Below, in pieces: positions 38,514 to 48,866 of a stretch of 64,000 nucleotides of DNA. Position numbers and translations under genes: made by a program. This DNA is from Candidatus Kapaibacterium sp. GTDB taxonomy: Bacteria > Bacteroidota > Ignavibacteria > Kapaibacteriales > UBA2268. A model generated the notes under the pieces. That model saw only the letters and a program-made list of their open reading frames with translations. It did not search any database and had not been told where the DNA came from. Each line of letters begins with the position of its first letter. The first letter of the stretch is position 1. The stretch spans positions 3,264,001-3,328,000 of the forward strand of contig OY761611.1 of the NCBI GenBank assembly GCA_963664875.1. Reading direction: 5' to 3'.

Positions 38514-39500
38514 CTAATCATCAAAAATCTCTTCTGAACTACTGCAATAATAAAAGTCTAAAATATCTCCAAAGTTGTAATCGCTCAATTTCATAACTTT
38601 ATCGCCTCGTTCACCATATTCTTTGAGGTATTCCAATAAGCCTTGCTGTTGCCAGACGTAATTTTGATGGATATTTGGGAATCTTCTGATAAGATTGCCA
38701 TATCTGTTTCTGGATTTAGCTGACCAATACCAAATAAAAAGTTCTATACGAGTTTTATCATTTGAAAGAGCAATCGCCAACGGCAGGAAAATATTGATCA
38801 GCAATTCGGTGCGTAGTGCCTGCCCCTCGCTCATGATGTTGTTTTTATTTAGAATATGCAAATCTTCGTGAGTAAACTTCGATTCGAGCGAAATTTCTTT
38901 CAAACCGTCATAAAGAATAGTATTTGCAATACCACTGATGATTTCCCCTATGTCTTGTTTGGAGTATGCAGGTCGCCTGCGTCGGCTATTGTAGCGTTCC
39001 ATAAACTGTCGGGTATATTCGGAAAGAGCATCTTTTATATTCATTTTTTTGAGCAGATTTTTTGATTCTGTAGCTTTGCGTAGCAATCTGAGTAGTGCGA
39101 AATTTTGAAGGACGTCAATGCTTTGCAGATCTATTTCATGTTCAACCGAATACTCAACTTTTTCGAGCTGATCTACCGGCACGACTAAAGTATCAAAATT
39201 ACAATTTTGGGTTTTATCATCTTCGCAGACTATATGAAGAATAACGTTGTCATACCTCGAATCATCGGAGTGTTTATGTTTAGACCAATCAGAACTTTTC
39301 AGATGAAACTCTGCATCGCCTATATAGACCATCCCGTCAGAAAGGATGGCTATGTCGAGCAAATCAGGCCCTTCTTTGACATTAAGTTTACCCGGTGAAA
39401 GAATTTGCAGACGTTTCCCTGATACAGATTTGTAAACAATCGAGGGATTCGAAATAAACTTGTGCAGTTTCGGCTGAAGTTGTTTTTCTGATAGTTTCAT
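38514..39500 (-). CDS. DUF2851 family protein
   Basis: ILSPGKLN..EGPD, GDAEFHLKSSDW..HKH..D..YDNVILHIV motifs. Confidence 0.85.
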   Translation of the reverse strand: MKLSEKQLQPKLHKFISNPSIVYKSVSGKRLQILSPGKLNVKEGPDLLDIAILSDGMVYIGDAEFHLKSSDWSKHKHSDDSRYDNVILHIVCEDDKTQNCNFDTLVVPVDQLEKVEYSVEHEIDLQSIDVLQNFALLRLLRKATESKNLLKKMNIKDALSEYTRQFMERYNSRRRRPAYSKQDIGEIISGIANTILYDGLKEISLESKFTHEDLHILNKNNIMSEGQALRTELLINIFLPLAIALSNDKTRIELFIWYWSAKSRNRYGNLIRRFPNIHQNYVWQQQGLLEYLKEYGERGDKVMKLSDYNFGDILDFYYCSSSEEIFDD

Positions 39501-39505
39501 GGCAG

Positions 39506-40183
39506 CTATTCCTGCAAATAATCATAAAGCACATATTTCCAAATACGGGTGAATCCGAACTTTTCGGCAAAGATGAATTCATCGCCTTCGAGAGTAATAT
39601 CAGTATATGTGTTTTTTTTGAATGATTGAATCAAATATTGCTTCGCAACCAAACTGTCCTGATAAATAAAAGACCCTTGCGGAATATAAACTACACTGTC
39701 AGCACATCTGAAATCAACATTAGCAATTGTGAAATTAAATTCCTTGGCGATGGCTGTATCGCTCAGGCGGCTGTTTAGTCTGCAGAGCGAAACGTAGAAG
39801 GGCAGTCTGTCCCATTTATCAATTATATTAACATCGCGTTTGCCCCAGTATATGTTAGTATCCGAAACAGCAGCTCCGAACATGGTTACGCGAGGGAATG
39901 TGCCTTCGTACTCCGTAAACTTGCAAATATAAGTCTTAAAAGTATTTAGGCGAGTGGTGTCCCAGAAATCGAGACACCATTCGAAATCATTTTCTGCTAT
40001 AATTTCCAGTTTTGCTTCCTGTCCGTCTTGAGCTTTGTACTTGTATGTATAGCCAACTGAAGGCTTCCAGATAGTATCAGGTACATATTTTACTATAGGT
40101 GGAGTGACTATTTGTGTATTGTTGTCCTCATCACCACAAGCGACAATTAACATAAAAAGCAAAACAGGAAGTAGGTATTTCAT
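39506..40183 (-). CDS. Hypothetical lipoprotein
   Basis: MKYLLPVLLFMLIVAC lipobox followed by acidic GDED. Confidence 0.7.
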   Translation of the reverse strand: MKYLLPVLLFMLIVACGDEDNNTQIVTPPIVKYVPDTIWKPSVGYTYKYKAQDGQEAKLEIIAENDFEWCLDFWDTTRLNTFKTYICKFTEYEGTFPRVTMFGAAVSDTNIYWGKRDVNIIDKWDRLPFYVSLCRLNSRLSDTAIAKEFNFTIANVDFRCADSVVYIPQGSFIYQDSLVAKQYLIQSFKKNTYTDITLEGDEFIFAEKFGFTRIWKYVLYDYLQE

Positions 40184-40187
40184 AGCA

Positions 40188-40985
40188 TCACATATATTTA
40201 TTAAACTCATCTTTATAATTCAAAGCAGCCTCTCTTGCTTTATCGGCAAAATCTAAGCCGGATGAAGCATAAATCACACCACGCGAAGCATTAATAATTG
40301 CAGGGCCGCCTGAGTTAGCTTTGATTACGGCTTCTATATCGCCGCCCTGAGCCCCGACTCCCGGAATAAGCAGGCAGTTATTTGGAATAGCCGCTCTTAT
40401 CTCTGCAAGCTCACTTGGGTGAGTAGCTCCGACAACGTAGCCGATATTTTCGTAAGAAGCCCACTGAGATGTCGTTTCGATAACATGTCTGTATAACGGC
40501 TTACCGTTTGAGGTGAGGTATTGGAAGTCCTTAGAGCCTTTGTTTGAAGTGAGCCCAAGTACAAACACCATTTTGTCCCCGTAACTCAAGAATGGTTCGA
40601 CAGAGTCGCTACCCATATAAGGATGAACAGTAATAGAATCAGCATTAAAATGCTCAAAGCAAGATTTTGCGTAAGCTTTAGAAGTGTTGCCAATATCGCC
40701 TCTTTTAGCATCAGCAATTACAAAGCTGGAATCAGGGATAAGCTCCATAGTTTTTTCTAAAACTTCAAAGCCCTTAATACCATATTGTTCATAAAATGCA
40801 TAATTTATTTTGAAGGCAGGTGCAATGTCTTTAGTAGCGTCAATAATAGCTTTATTGAAGCTAACCATGCCCGCAAAATCTTTAGATATGCCCTCAGGCA
40901 GTTTGTCTATATCAGTATCTAAACCCACACATAAGATAGAATTTGTTTTTTCGATTGCAAGTTTCAACTTTTCAAAGGCTTTCAT
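40188..40985 (-). CDS. pyrF: Orotidine-5'-phosphate decarboxylase
   Basis: LCVGLD, DAKRGDIGNT, VGAT, LIPGVGAQGG and NASR motifs. Confidence 0.97.
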   Translation of the reverse strand: MKAFEKLKLAIEKTNSILCVGLDTDIDKLPEGISKDFAGMVSFNKAIIDATKDIAPAFKINYAFYEQYGIKGFEVLEKTMELIPDSSFVIADAKRGDIGNTSKAYAKSCFEHFNADSITVHPYMGSDSVEPFLSYGDKMVFVLGLTSNKGSKDFQYLTSNGKPLYRHVIETTSQWASYENIGYVVGATHPSELAEIRAAIPNNCLLIPGVGAQGGDIEAVIKANSGGPAIINASRGVIYASSGLDFADKAREAALNYKDEFNKYM

Positions 40986-40994
40986 AATTCCCCG

Positions 40995-41819
40995 TTATAA
41001 AGATTTTTTAAATTGCTGATATTTATCTGTAAAAATATTTGACTCTGATGCAGGTGGCAAGTTTGATTCTTTTATCATTTCATCAACTTTTTGGATTCTT
41101 TCTTCGGGCATAGGGTGCGTAGAAAGAAGTTTTTCGAGGAAATTGCTGGAGCTGCCGCCATTCTCATTTATTTTATTGAAAAACAGTTTAATTCCACCCG
41201 GATACCATTTGCTTGTCTGTAAGTATTTAAAGGCATATTCATCAGCTTCGAATTCATCTGCCTGGCTGTTTTGCATAAATGCAACATTGGTGAGTATTCC
41301 TGCAGCGATTTCTGCCGTTGCATTTGGATCAGTGCCAAGCACAAGACCAAGAAGGAAATCTACACCATAAGCTTTTGTTAGCCTTTTTGTAGCATGTCTT
41401 CTTTCAGCGTGAGCTACTTCGTGAGCCAGCACTCCGGCAAGTGTAGCTTCGTTATCCAAAAATTTGAGCAAACCGGTATAAACATATATATAGCCTCCCG
41501 GTGCTGCGAATGCGTTGATAACATCATCTCGATTAATCAAAGTAACAGTATAGGCGAAGTCATCTTTGTACTCTATCTCAGAAGACTTAATGATTTCGTC
41601 TATCATATCCTGAACATATTTAGTAGCAGTTGCATTTTTCAGAATCGGATATTCTTTGCTGTCAGCTTTTATTTGAACATCTAAATCTTTCCCAAGCTGA
41701 ATATCTTTTGACACGGGAAATATGTTTATAGCGGTAATATTTTCAACATCACTGCAAGAGCCAACAAGCAATAAGATAAGCATTAGCCCCAAAGCTCTGT
41801 ATGTTTTTTGAATAAGCAT
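40995..41819 (-). CDS. M48 metallopeptidase lipoprotein
   Basis: Lipobox VGSC; INAFAAPGG, HEVAH, E.EAD and STHP motifs. Confidence 0.93.
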   Translation of the reverse strand: MLIQKTYRALGLMLILLLVGSCSDVENITAINIFPVSKDIQLGKDLDVQIKADSKEYPILKNATATKYVQDMIDEIIKSSEIEYKDDFAYTVTLINRDDVINAFAAPGGYIYVYTGLLKFLDNEATLAGVLAHEVAHAERRHATKRLTKAYGVDFLLGLVLGTDPNATAEIAAGILTNVAFMQNSQADEFEADEYAFKYLQTSKWYPGGIKLFFNKINENGGSSSNFLEKLLSTHPMPEERIQKVDEMIKESNLPPASESNIFTDKYQQFKKSL

Positions 41820-42018
41820 GGAAAACCTTCCTATATTTCATTATTATATAATTAAGCAAATTATTTATTCATATACAAACTATATTATAAACAGTTTTGA
41901 TTTTGTGATTATACCCGACATAGGAATCAAAACTATAAAAGTTTACGACTTCCTTTATTTGCTGAGCAGAATATACATTGTACCTGCAAGCACATTTTAC
42001 CTGTGCAATTCTTGAAGG

Positions 42019-42210
42019 GGCTGTCTCAGAAGTCTGAGTTTTGTCATACTCTTTAGTAAAAGTAGAGGAAAAAAAACGTTATATTTCCTTCTACCGCAAG
42101 CTAAAGCATGCGGTTGCAATGAGTTACACAAGTGCAACCGACTGCTTCAGCTGTCGGTAAAACATACAAACATCAAGAATATGATGCAAATTTGGACTTA
42201 TGAGACAGCC
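42019..42210. mobile_element. MITE-like element, copy B
   Basis: ggctgtctcagaagtc ... gacttatgagacagcc (15/16 inverted match) enclosing a pair of hairpins. Confidence 0.75.
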
Positions 42211-42355
42211 TCTCATTAAATAATCTATAGACTGATATATATTCTTTAAAGACCTTTTGAGTTTATCCAGCCTGAAGAATACAACTTATGCTTGTACATA
42301 AAGACTAAATATTCAATCGCTTGTAAAACAAGAACTAATATTAGCAATTTACGTA

Positions 42356-43120
42356 TCAGAGGTCTGATAGATTGTATTTCGACGGGAAATATACTCCTGT
42401 TAGCACTAAGCCTTCGGGAGGTGAAACCGTAATTTTCAAACTCCTATCACATCTTTCGAAAGCTTGCACGAGGTCTTCTTTGGTCAATCTACCTCTTGCT
42501 GCTTCGAGGCATGCTCCAACAATCATTCTGACCATGCTGTAAACAAAACGATTTGCCTCTATGTCAAGCCTGTATTCAACATCAGAAATTTTGTACCATT
42601 GACATTTCGTAACATTGCATCTATAATGACTATATGCCGGATTATATTTGGAAAATGGAGTAAAATCTTTTTCTCCGATAAAAATGTCCTGCACAGCAAA
42701 AAGCAAATCCGGATTGATAGGGTATTTGTAATATGCGTGAAATCTATTATAAAACACGGTGTCTTTCAAAACCAAATTATATGAATAGGCTCTTCCTATA
42801 GCATCAAACCTTGGATGAAATTCCTGATGAATAATTTTTGCACCTCTGATTCTAATATCTCGGGGAAGTCTGGTGTTAAATGCAGTAATGATTTTATGAT
42901 CGGGTATAGAAAAACTATCATGAAGCTCTACAGCTGCTACCTGCCCTGAAGCATGAACTCCTGTATCTGTCCTGCCGGAGCCATTGATGCGGTAATTCGA
43001 GCCTGTAAGCCTGTGCAGAGCTGATTCTATCTCGCCTTGGACAGAGCGTGCATTTGGTTGCACCTGCCAGCCGGAAAAGTCCGTTCCGTCATATTCAATT
43101 TTTAAAACCAAGTTTCGCAT
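42356..43120 (-). CDS. truA: tRNA pseudouridine(38-40) synthase
   Basis: YDGTDFSGWQVQ, GSGRTDTGVHA and FVYSMVR motifs. Confidence 0.97.
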   Translation of the reverse strand: MRNLVLKIEYDGTDFSGWQVQPNARSVQGEIESALHRLTGSNYRINGSGRTDTGVHASGQVAAVELHDSFSIPDHKIITAFNTRLPRDIRIRGAKIIHQEFHPRFDAIGRAYSYNLVLKDTVFYNRFHAYYKYPINPDLLFAVQDIFIGEKDFTPFSKYNPAYSHYRCNVTKCQWYKISDVEYRLDIEANRFVYSMVRMIVGACLEAARGRLTKEDLVQAFERCDRSLKITVSPPEGLVLTGVYFPSKYNLSDL

Positions 43121-43248
43121 AGTGCCCTCAAAAGATATATGCGAATATATGGATTTTTAGTGAAAGATTAAGTTTTGAGTGAGGAAGAAGGGTGTTTCGA
43201 AATATCGGATTTCCGTGAGTATGTGCCTGATGACTGAATTTGTGTAAT

Positions 43249-43290
43249 AAAAAAAGAGCAGTAGCTGATACATTTGCCTTGCTACTGCTC
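43249..43290 (-). terminator. Intrinsic terminator
   Basis: A run + gagcagtagc...gctactgctc downstream of the RelA/SpoT gene. Confidence 0.75.
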
Positions 43291-43321
43291 CGATTCAATT
43301 CTTTTCAATCTTATATCAATT

Positions 43322-45133
43322 CTATATTTGTTCTTCAAATTTTTCTACAGAGCGGATGCCTTTCACACCTAAAAGTCTTGCAAAAATTTGATTCAATTCT
43401 CTGGCATCTGCTACTTTGACAGTAATAGCCCCTTCAAAATTTGTACCTGATGTGTCGAGGTTGATTCTGACTATGTTGTTTTGCCCGATAGCAGCCGATA
43501 TATCACTTAGCATACCCTCGCGGTCATCACCGCTGACTACAAGTTTAGCCATGAAGTTTGTTCTTTGCTTTTTGATTTCATCTTCTACAGGGTTTTCTTT
43601 GAAGTAATTGTGGAGAGCCACTACTGCTTTATGCGAAATGACGTTGTTTTTCCATTCGGGCTTTGGCAACATGTTAGGCGAAGTAATTATTTCTACTTGG
43701 TCGCCGTTTTTGAGTTTGTGAGTGATATCTTTGAGGACACCGTTTACTTTGGCAGTTATTAGGTTTAGCCCCCATTCGTAGCCTTTATTAAAGGCAAAGT
43801 CGATTAGAGTAGCACCTTTTGGAAGAGTAATGGTCCTGCCTTCTTTAGTAAAAACGCTTAGCTCTGAGTCGAAGAGATTCACCTTGATAGCGTCCCAGAT
43901 GATTTGAGCTGCTCTTGTGCCTTCGTGTTCTATCATGTCCTGCATCCAGTCGCCCCAGCGTATGATGTCATTATCGCTAAACTGAAGAGCTCTAATCCTT
44001 CCGCTTCTTAGAGAAAATTTAGAGGCAAAGCCTTCTTCGCTGATTTTTTCCATCTCGCTCGAACGGATTAGTATTTCAACACGCTTTCCGTCCGGCCCGA
44101 AAAGTTCTGTTTTGAGAGCTTTGAACCAGTCAATTTTCGGATTAGAAATATAGTCAACAAACTTTATAGTATTAAATGCATTTGCGAGTACCCCATGAGC
44201 CCGGTAACACTCCATCACATCATCGGAATCAACAATAATAACCATAGAGTAGAAATTATCTATATCGCTGATGCTGAGCCCTTCTTCTATCATTTGATAA
44301 ATTTCGTACTCATGCTTATGGACGATAGTAAGTATATGCTCGATTGAGTGTTCCCTAAGCGAATTAGTGATATGGTCGGAAAACACCTTTATATAGTCAA
44401 GGAAATCGCGACGCTTTTCTGTAAGAGCCATTCTAATAGCTTCGTAAGTATCTCTTTCTGAATAGAAAAAAGAGCGATTTTCAAATTCCATTTTGACTTT
44501 ATTAAGCCCAAGTCTATGAGCCAGCGGAGTGTAAAAATTTAAAGTCTCGAGAGCTATTTCTTTTTGTTTATTATCGGGCAGGTAATGCAAAGTTCTTAAA
44601 TTGTGCAATCTGTCAGCAAATTTGATAAGAATTACCCTAATGTCTTTCACCAGTGCAAGGAAAAGTTTTCTGTATGTTTCAGCTTTTTCCTTAAGTTTGA
44701 CTTGCTTAGTTTGCTGAACATCTTCGATTTTAGCACGAATTTCTCTGTGAGCTATTTTTGTAACACTATCTACTATTTCCGCTACATCAGGATTGAAAAG
44801 CTCAGCTATATGGTGCTTTTTGACACCTTTGACATCTTCGATTACATCATGCAAAAGACATGCTGCAAGCGAATTACTATCATGATGAGAAAATTCCCGC
44901 AATAGTATGAGAGTTACATTCAATGGATGAGTATAGTAAGGTAAACCGGATTTCCTATCGACACCTTTGTGCATATCAACACAATACCGGAAAGCTTTTT
45001 CAATAAGCGGTATATCTAATTCCGGGTCAATTTTGTTTATTTCAGATAATAAATATTCCCAATCTTGCTGAGGGTCTTTGCCAAAAGCACTTTGCTCATC
45101 ATATTCCAGTTCGAATTCAAATAGTAATTCCAT
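43322..45133 (-). CDS. RelA/SpoT homolog (HD + degenerate synthetase + TGS + ACT)
   Basis: R.SG.PY.THP, LLHDVIED, KFADRLHN, YTPLAHRLG; TGS (LPKGATLIDFAF); ACT (DREGMLSDI). ATG at 45133 preferred. Confidence 0.92.
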   Translation of the reverse strand: MELLFEFELEYDEQSAFGKDPQQDWEYLLSEINKIDPELDIPLIEKAFRYCVDMHKGVDRKSGLPYYTHPLNVTLILLREFSHHDSNSLAACLLHDVIEDVKGVKKHHIAELFNPDVAEIVDSVTKIAHREIRAKIEDVQQTKQVKLKEKAETYRKLFLALVKDIRVILIKFADRLHNLRTLHYLPDNKQKEIALETLNFYTPLAHRLGLNKVKMEFENRSFFYSERDTYEAIRMALTEKRRDFLDYIKVFSDHITNSLREHSIEHILTIVHKHEYEIYQMIEEGLSISDIDNFYSMVIIVDSDDVMECYRAHGVLANAFNTIKFVDYISNPKIDWFKALKTELFGPDGKRVEILIRSSEMEKISEEGFASKFSLRSGRIRALQFSDNDIIRWGDWMQDMIEHEGTRAAQIIWDAIKVNLFDSELSVFTKEGRTITLPKGATLIDFAFNKGYEWGLNLITAKVNGVLKDITHKLKNGDQVEIITSPNMLPKPEWKNNVISHKAVVALHNYFKENPVEDEIKKQRTNFMAKLVVSGDDREGMLSDISAAIGQNNIVRINLDTSGTNFEGAITVKVADARELNQIFARLLGVKGIRSVEKFEEQI

Positions 45134-45294
45134 TGTCGCATTCCGATTGTAGTTGTCAAATCCGATTGTAAAAAAGAAATAAATAAGACTTATAACCAAA
45201 AAATTTAAAATACAAATAAGAAATCACTTGCTATTAAGTATTTTTTCCCTTTTATTTAGAAACTATCGAAACCAATCAATATTTTGAGAAAATT

Positions 45295-46338
45295 ATGAAA
45301 AGGCGTGATTTTATTTGTCTAACTGCTGTTTTGCCACTATTTACAAATGGTCTTTTTGCTAATAAGAATAAAATCAAAAATAATGTAATAAACAAACCGA
45401 AAGCAATAAAAAAAGGAAGTAAAATTGGAATTGTTGCTCCGGGTTCTGCTGTAAGCTCACCTGCAGACATACAGAAGGCTGAAGAAGTGCTCGATTATTT
45501 CGGATTTGTCCCTGTATGGGGGAAAAATGTTAGCTCCGGCTCGGGCTATAAAACTCGTAGCTCTCGCGAAAGGCTTTCTGATTTCAATGGTTTTATTAGG
45601 GATAATGAAATTGATGCTATTATGGCTGTCAGAGGTGGCTACGGTTCGGCTTATTTGTTACAGGGTCTTGACTATAAAGCATTAGCCGCCAATCCAAAAC
45701 TCATTATTGGCTACAGCGATATTACCGCCTTATTGATGGCTGTTTACAAAAAATCCGGAATTGTTGGTTTGCATGGCCCGGTTCTTCTTTCTGATTTCGA
45801 CGATCTTACCACAGATTGCTTTTCAAAAATGATTAGTGGCAATGCTACAAATTTTATACTTCATAATCCTGAAAGCAAAGATGGTTTGCGTACCACTAAC
45901 AGATGCAGAACTATTACTCCCGGTAAAGCGACAGGTAAACTAATTGGCGGTAATTTAAGTATGATCTGCTCACTAATGGGCACTCCATACGAACCTGATA
46001 CCACGGATCATATATTATTTCTCGAAGATGTGGGAGAAGCACCTTACCGCATAGACAGAATGCTTATGCAGCTAAAAATGGGAGGTAAGTTCGAAAAAGT
46101 CAAAGCTATTGTATGGGGGAGATGTAACGACTGCCTGCCCGGCGACAGCAGAGGAACGTGGGATTCTGATTTAGATGAAGTATTAGACAGAATACTGGGG
46201 CAATTAAAAGTCCCTTGCTTTTCAGGTTTGCTTTTCGGTCATACAGATAGTCAGTTCACCTTGCCTATTGGAATCGAAGCTGAACTTGATGCTGACTCTC
46301 ATACCATAAAAATCCTCGAAGAGGCGGTAGAGCTTTAG
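45295..46338 (+). CDS. S66 LD-carboxypeptidase with Tat signal
   Basis: MKRRDF Tat motif; RGGYG, GYSDIT, GGNLS, FLEDVGE and FGH motifs. Confidence 0.93.
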   Translation: MKRRDFICLTAVLPLFTNGLFANKNKIKNNVINKPKAIKKGSKIGIVAPGSAVSSPADIQKAEEVLDYFGFVPVWGKNVSSGSGYKTRSSRERLSDFNGFIRDNEIDAIMAVRGGYGSAYLLQGLDYKALAANPKLIIGYSDITALLMAVYKKSGIVGLHGPVLLSDFDDLTTDCFSKMISGNATNFILHNPESKDGLRTTNRCRTITPGKATGKLIGGNLSMICSLMGTPYEPDTTDHILFLEDVGEAPYRIDRMLMQLKMGGKFEKVKAIVWGRCNDCLPGDSRGTWDSDLDEVLDRILGQLKVPCFSGLLFGHTDSQFTLPIGIEAELDADSHTIKILEEAVEL

Positions 46339-46451
46339 TATTTCGCTGTTTATATGGATTTTATGTTAAATTACAGAAAGTATTAACGAATGTACTTCTT
46401 GCTGTATGTCTTTTTTATAGATTGTAACCTGATACAATACGGAGTAAAAAA

Positions 46452-47642
46452 ATGGAATCTATAAAAGAGCTTTTTAAGGTTGGCAATGGTCCTTCCAGTA
46501 GTCACACTATCGGACCACGCAAAGCTGCCATCATGTTTAGAGAAAGATACCCTGAAGTTAGTAGCTACAGAGTTACTTTGTATGGCTCTTTAGCCGCAAC
46601 AGGCGTGGGACACTTAACGGACAGAGCAATTTACAACGAGCTTGGTGAAGATAATACAGAATTGATATTTAGACCTGAAATTGAGTTGGATTACCATCCT
46701 AACGGTTTGAAATTTGAAGCTCTCAATGAAGAAGGCGATACTCAGGGTGACTGGATAGTTTACAGCGTAGGCGGTGGTCAGCTCTATGACGGCAAAATCA
46801 AAGAAGAGAAGAAAGAAATATATGATTTGACAAGCATGAAAGAAATTTTGAGATGGTGCAAACAATACGGTAACCAGTTCTGGGAATTTGTACAGGCAAA
46901 AGAAGAAAGTGATATTTGGGACTATCTCGAGTATGTCTGGAAAGTAATGGAAGATTCGGTTCGTCGTGGATTAGATGAAGAAGGCACTATCCCCGGTGGT
47001 TTGAATTTATCAAGAAAAGCATCGTCGTATTATGCAAAAGCAAAAGGCTATAGAAGCTCGCTCAAAAGACGCTCGCTTACTTTTGCTTATGCCTTGGCAG
47101 TAGCAGAAGAAAATGCATCCGGTGGACTCATCGTTACAGCTCCTACCTGCGGATCGAGTGGAGTCTTGCCTGCAGTTCTATTTATGCTCCGACATGATTT
47201 CGAATTTTCTAAGAAAAAAATCCTAAGAGCACTTGCAACAGCGGGAATTATAGGAAATTTGGTAAAACACAATGCATCAATTTCGGGTGCAAAAGTAGGT
47301 TGCCAAGGAGAAATCGGTACTGCCTGTGCTATGGCTTCGGGTGCTGCTACTCAAGTGTTTGGCGGCACTGTCTCGCAAATCGAATATGCCGCTGAGATGG
47401 GACTGGAACATCACTTAGGACTGACCTGCGACCCAATCGGCGGATTAGTGCAGGTGCCTTGTATAGAAAGAAATGCTTTTGGTGCTACCCGTGCATTAGA
47501 CTCCTCTACATATGCGATACTTTCAGATGGCAGCCATTTAGTTTCTTTCGACAAAATAGTAAGAACTATGAAACAGACAGGTCATGACTTACCTTCGATC
47601 TATAAAGAAACTTCGATGGGCGGTTTGGCTATCGACTTATAA
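46452..47642 (+). CDS. sdaA: L-serine ammonia-lyase (Fe-S, single chain)
   Basis: GPSSSHT.GP, VTAPTCG, GCQGE and GLTCDP..GLVQVPCIERN motifs. Confidence 0.95.
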   Translation: MESIKELFKVGNGPSSSHTIGPRKAAIMFRERYPEVSSYRVTLYGSLAATGVGHLTDRAIYNELGEDNTELIFRPEIELDYHPNGLKFEALNEEGDTQGDWIVYSVGGGQLYDGKIKEEKKEIYDLTSMKEILRWCKQYGNQFWEFVQAKEESDIWDYLEYVWKVMEDSVRRGLDEEGTIPGGLNLSRKASSYYAKAKGYRSSLKRRSLTFAYALAVAEENASGGLIVTAPTCGSSGVLPAVLFMLRHDFEFSKKKILRALATAGIIGNLVKHNASISGAKVGCQGEIGTACAMASGAATQVFGGTVSQIEYAAEMGLEHHLGLTCDPIGGLVQVPCIERNAFGATRALDSSTYAILSDGSHLVSFDKIVRTMKQTGHDLPSIYKETSMGGLAIDL

Positions 47643-47671
47643 ACTTAAATCAATAAAAATATATTGAAAGC

Positions 47672-48865
47672 TTAAGCTTTCTCAGTGTCTTCTTTAGCAG
47701 GGCGGGGTATCGTAATTTTAAAAGTTGCTCCGCTTTTTTTTGCTTCGTCAGTATATTCGTACCAAACTTCACCGTTCATAGCCTCTACTAACCTTTTGAC
47801 TATCGAAAGCCCCAAGCCGGATGAGATTTCGTTATCTGTTGGTTTGTTTGATGTTTGACTAAATTTGTCAAACAGTTTTTCCTGTTCCTCTTCTTTGACT
47901 CCCGGACCTTCGTCGCTAATAGAAATTAGCATAGTTTTAGATTCAGGATTTAACTTATCGTAGTCCTCTACTGATATAATTATTTTAGTATAAAAAGGCG
48001 AAAACTTAAATGCGTTGGAGATTAGGTTTTCAATTACCTGCTCCATTTTGACTTCGTCTGCCAATATTATTTTATTAAGAGTGTCAGCTCTGTACTCAAT
48101 ATTGATTCTTTTCTTTTGGGCTACAGTAGTATATGATTTGATTAGCTTATTGATAATCCTATCTATATTTAGCTTTTGGATATTTACCTGTAGCTTGCCT
48201 TCTTCCATTTTATTTATTTCAAGCAAATCATTGACAATAAGATACATTCTCTGAGCAATATCTTCCATTTGCAACAAACGTTCTTTTTTCTGGTCTTCAG
48301 TCATCTTGTTGCTATAGAGCTTAAGAAGTTCGATGTTGCTAAGCACAGATTGGAGTGGGTTTCGCAAATCATGAGCCGTAATGCCCATAAATTCGTTTTT
48401 TTCATGGAGGAGTTTTTCCATTTTCCTGTTTTGTTCAGCAATCTTGCGATTTTGCTCCATTATTCGGTCTTTGGCAAATTTTAGTTCCAGATGAGTACGA
48501 GTACGTGCCAATAGTTCGTTTTTCTTAGCAGGTTTGATGACATAGTCAACAGCACCAAGCTGAAAACCGCGCATAAGTTTATCAGATTCATCTAACGAAG
48601 TGAAAAATATTACGGGAACTTCTTTTAATCTATCTATGGCTTTGATTCTTTGGATAGTTTCAAAACCATCCATCTTTGGCATTACAATATCCAATAAAAT
48701 CAAATCCGGAGTGATTTTTTCCAATATTTTCATAGCCTGCAGCCCGTCTTGAGCCATAGAAATATTCAAGCCTGCCTGTTTTAGGTAGCCGCCGACTTCT
48801 TTTAGATTTTTTATCATGTCATCTACTACTAATACAGTAGGTCTTGAGTTGTTTGTAGTTTCCAT
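47672..48865 (-). CDS. Hybrid receiver-histidine kinase
   Basis: REC (VVDD, LLDIVMP); HDLRNPL; NLISNAFKF; DEGPG; SGLGL. Confidence 0.94.
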   Translation of the reverse strand: METTNNSRPTVLVVDDMIKNLKEVGGYLKQAGLNISMAQDGLQAMKILEKITPDLILLDIVMPKMDGFETIQRIKAIDRLKEVPVIFFTSLDESDKLMRGFQLGAVDYVIKPAKKNELLARTRTHLELKFAKDRIMEQNRKIAEQNRKMEKLLHEKNEFMGITAHDLRNPLQSVLSNIELLKLYSNKMTEDQKKERLLQMEDIAQRMYLIVNDLLEINKMEEGKLQVNIQKLNIDRIINKLIKSYTTVAQKKRINIEYRADTLNKIILADEVKMEQVIENLISNAFKFSPFYTKIIISVEDYDKLNPESKTMLISISDEGPGVKEEEQEKLFDKFSQTSNKPTDNEISSGLGLSIVKRLVEAMNGEVWYEYTDEAKKSGATFKITIPRPAKEDTEKA

Positions 48866-48866
48866 A

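Noticed and set aside
41818-42015. 65-aa plus-strand ORF upstream of the M48 gene
   Set aside because: Low-complexity I/Y/F-rich translation overlapping the divergent start; likely promoter DNA.
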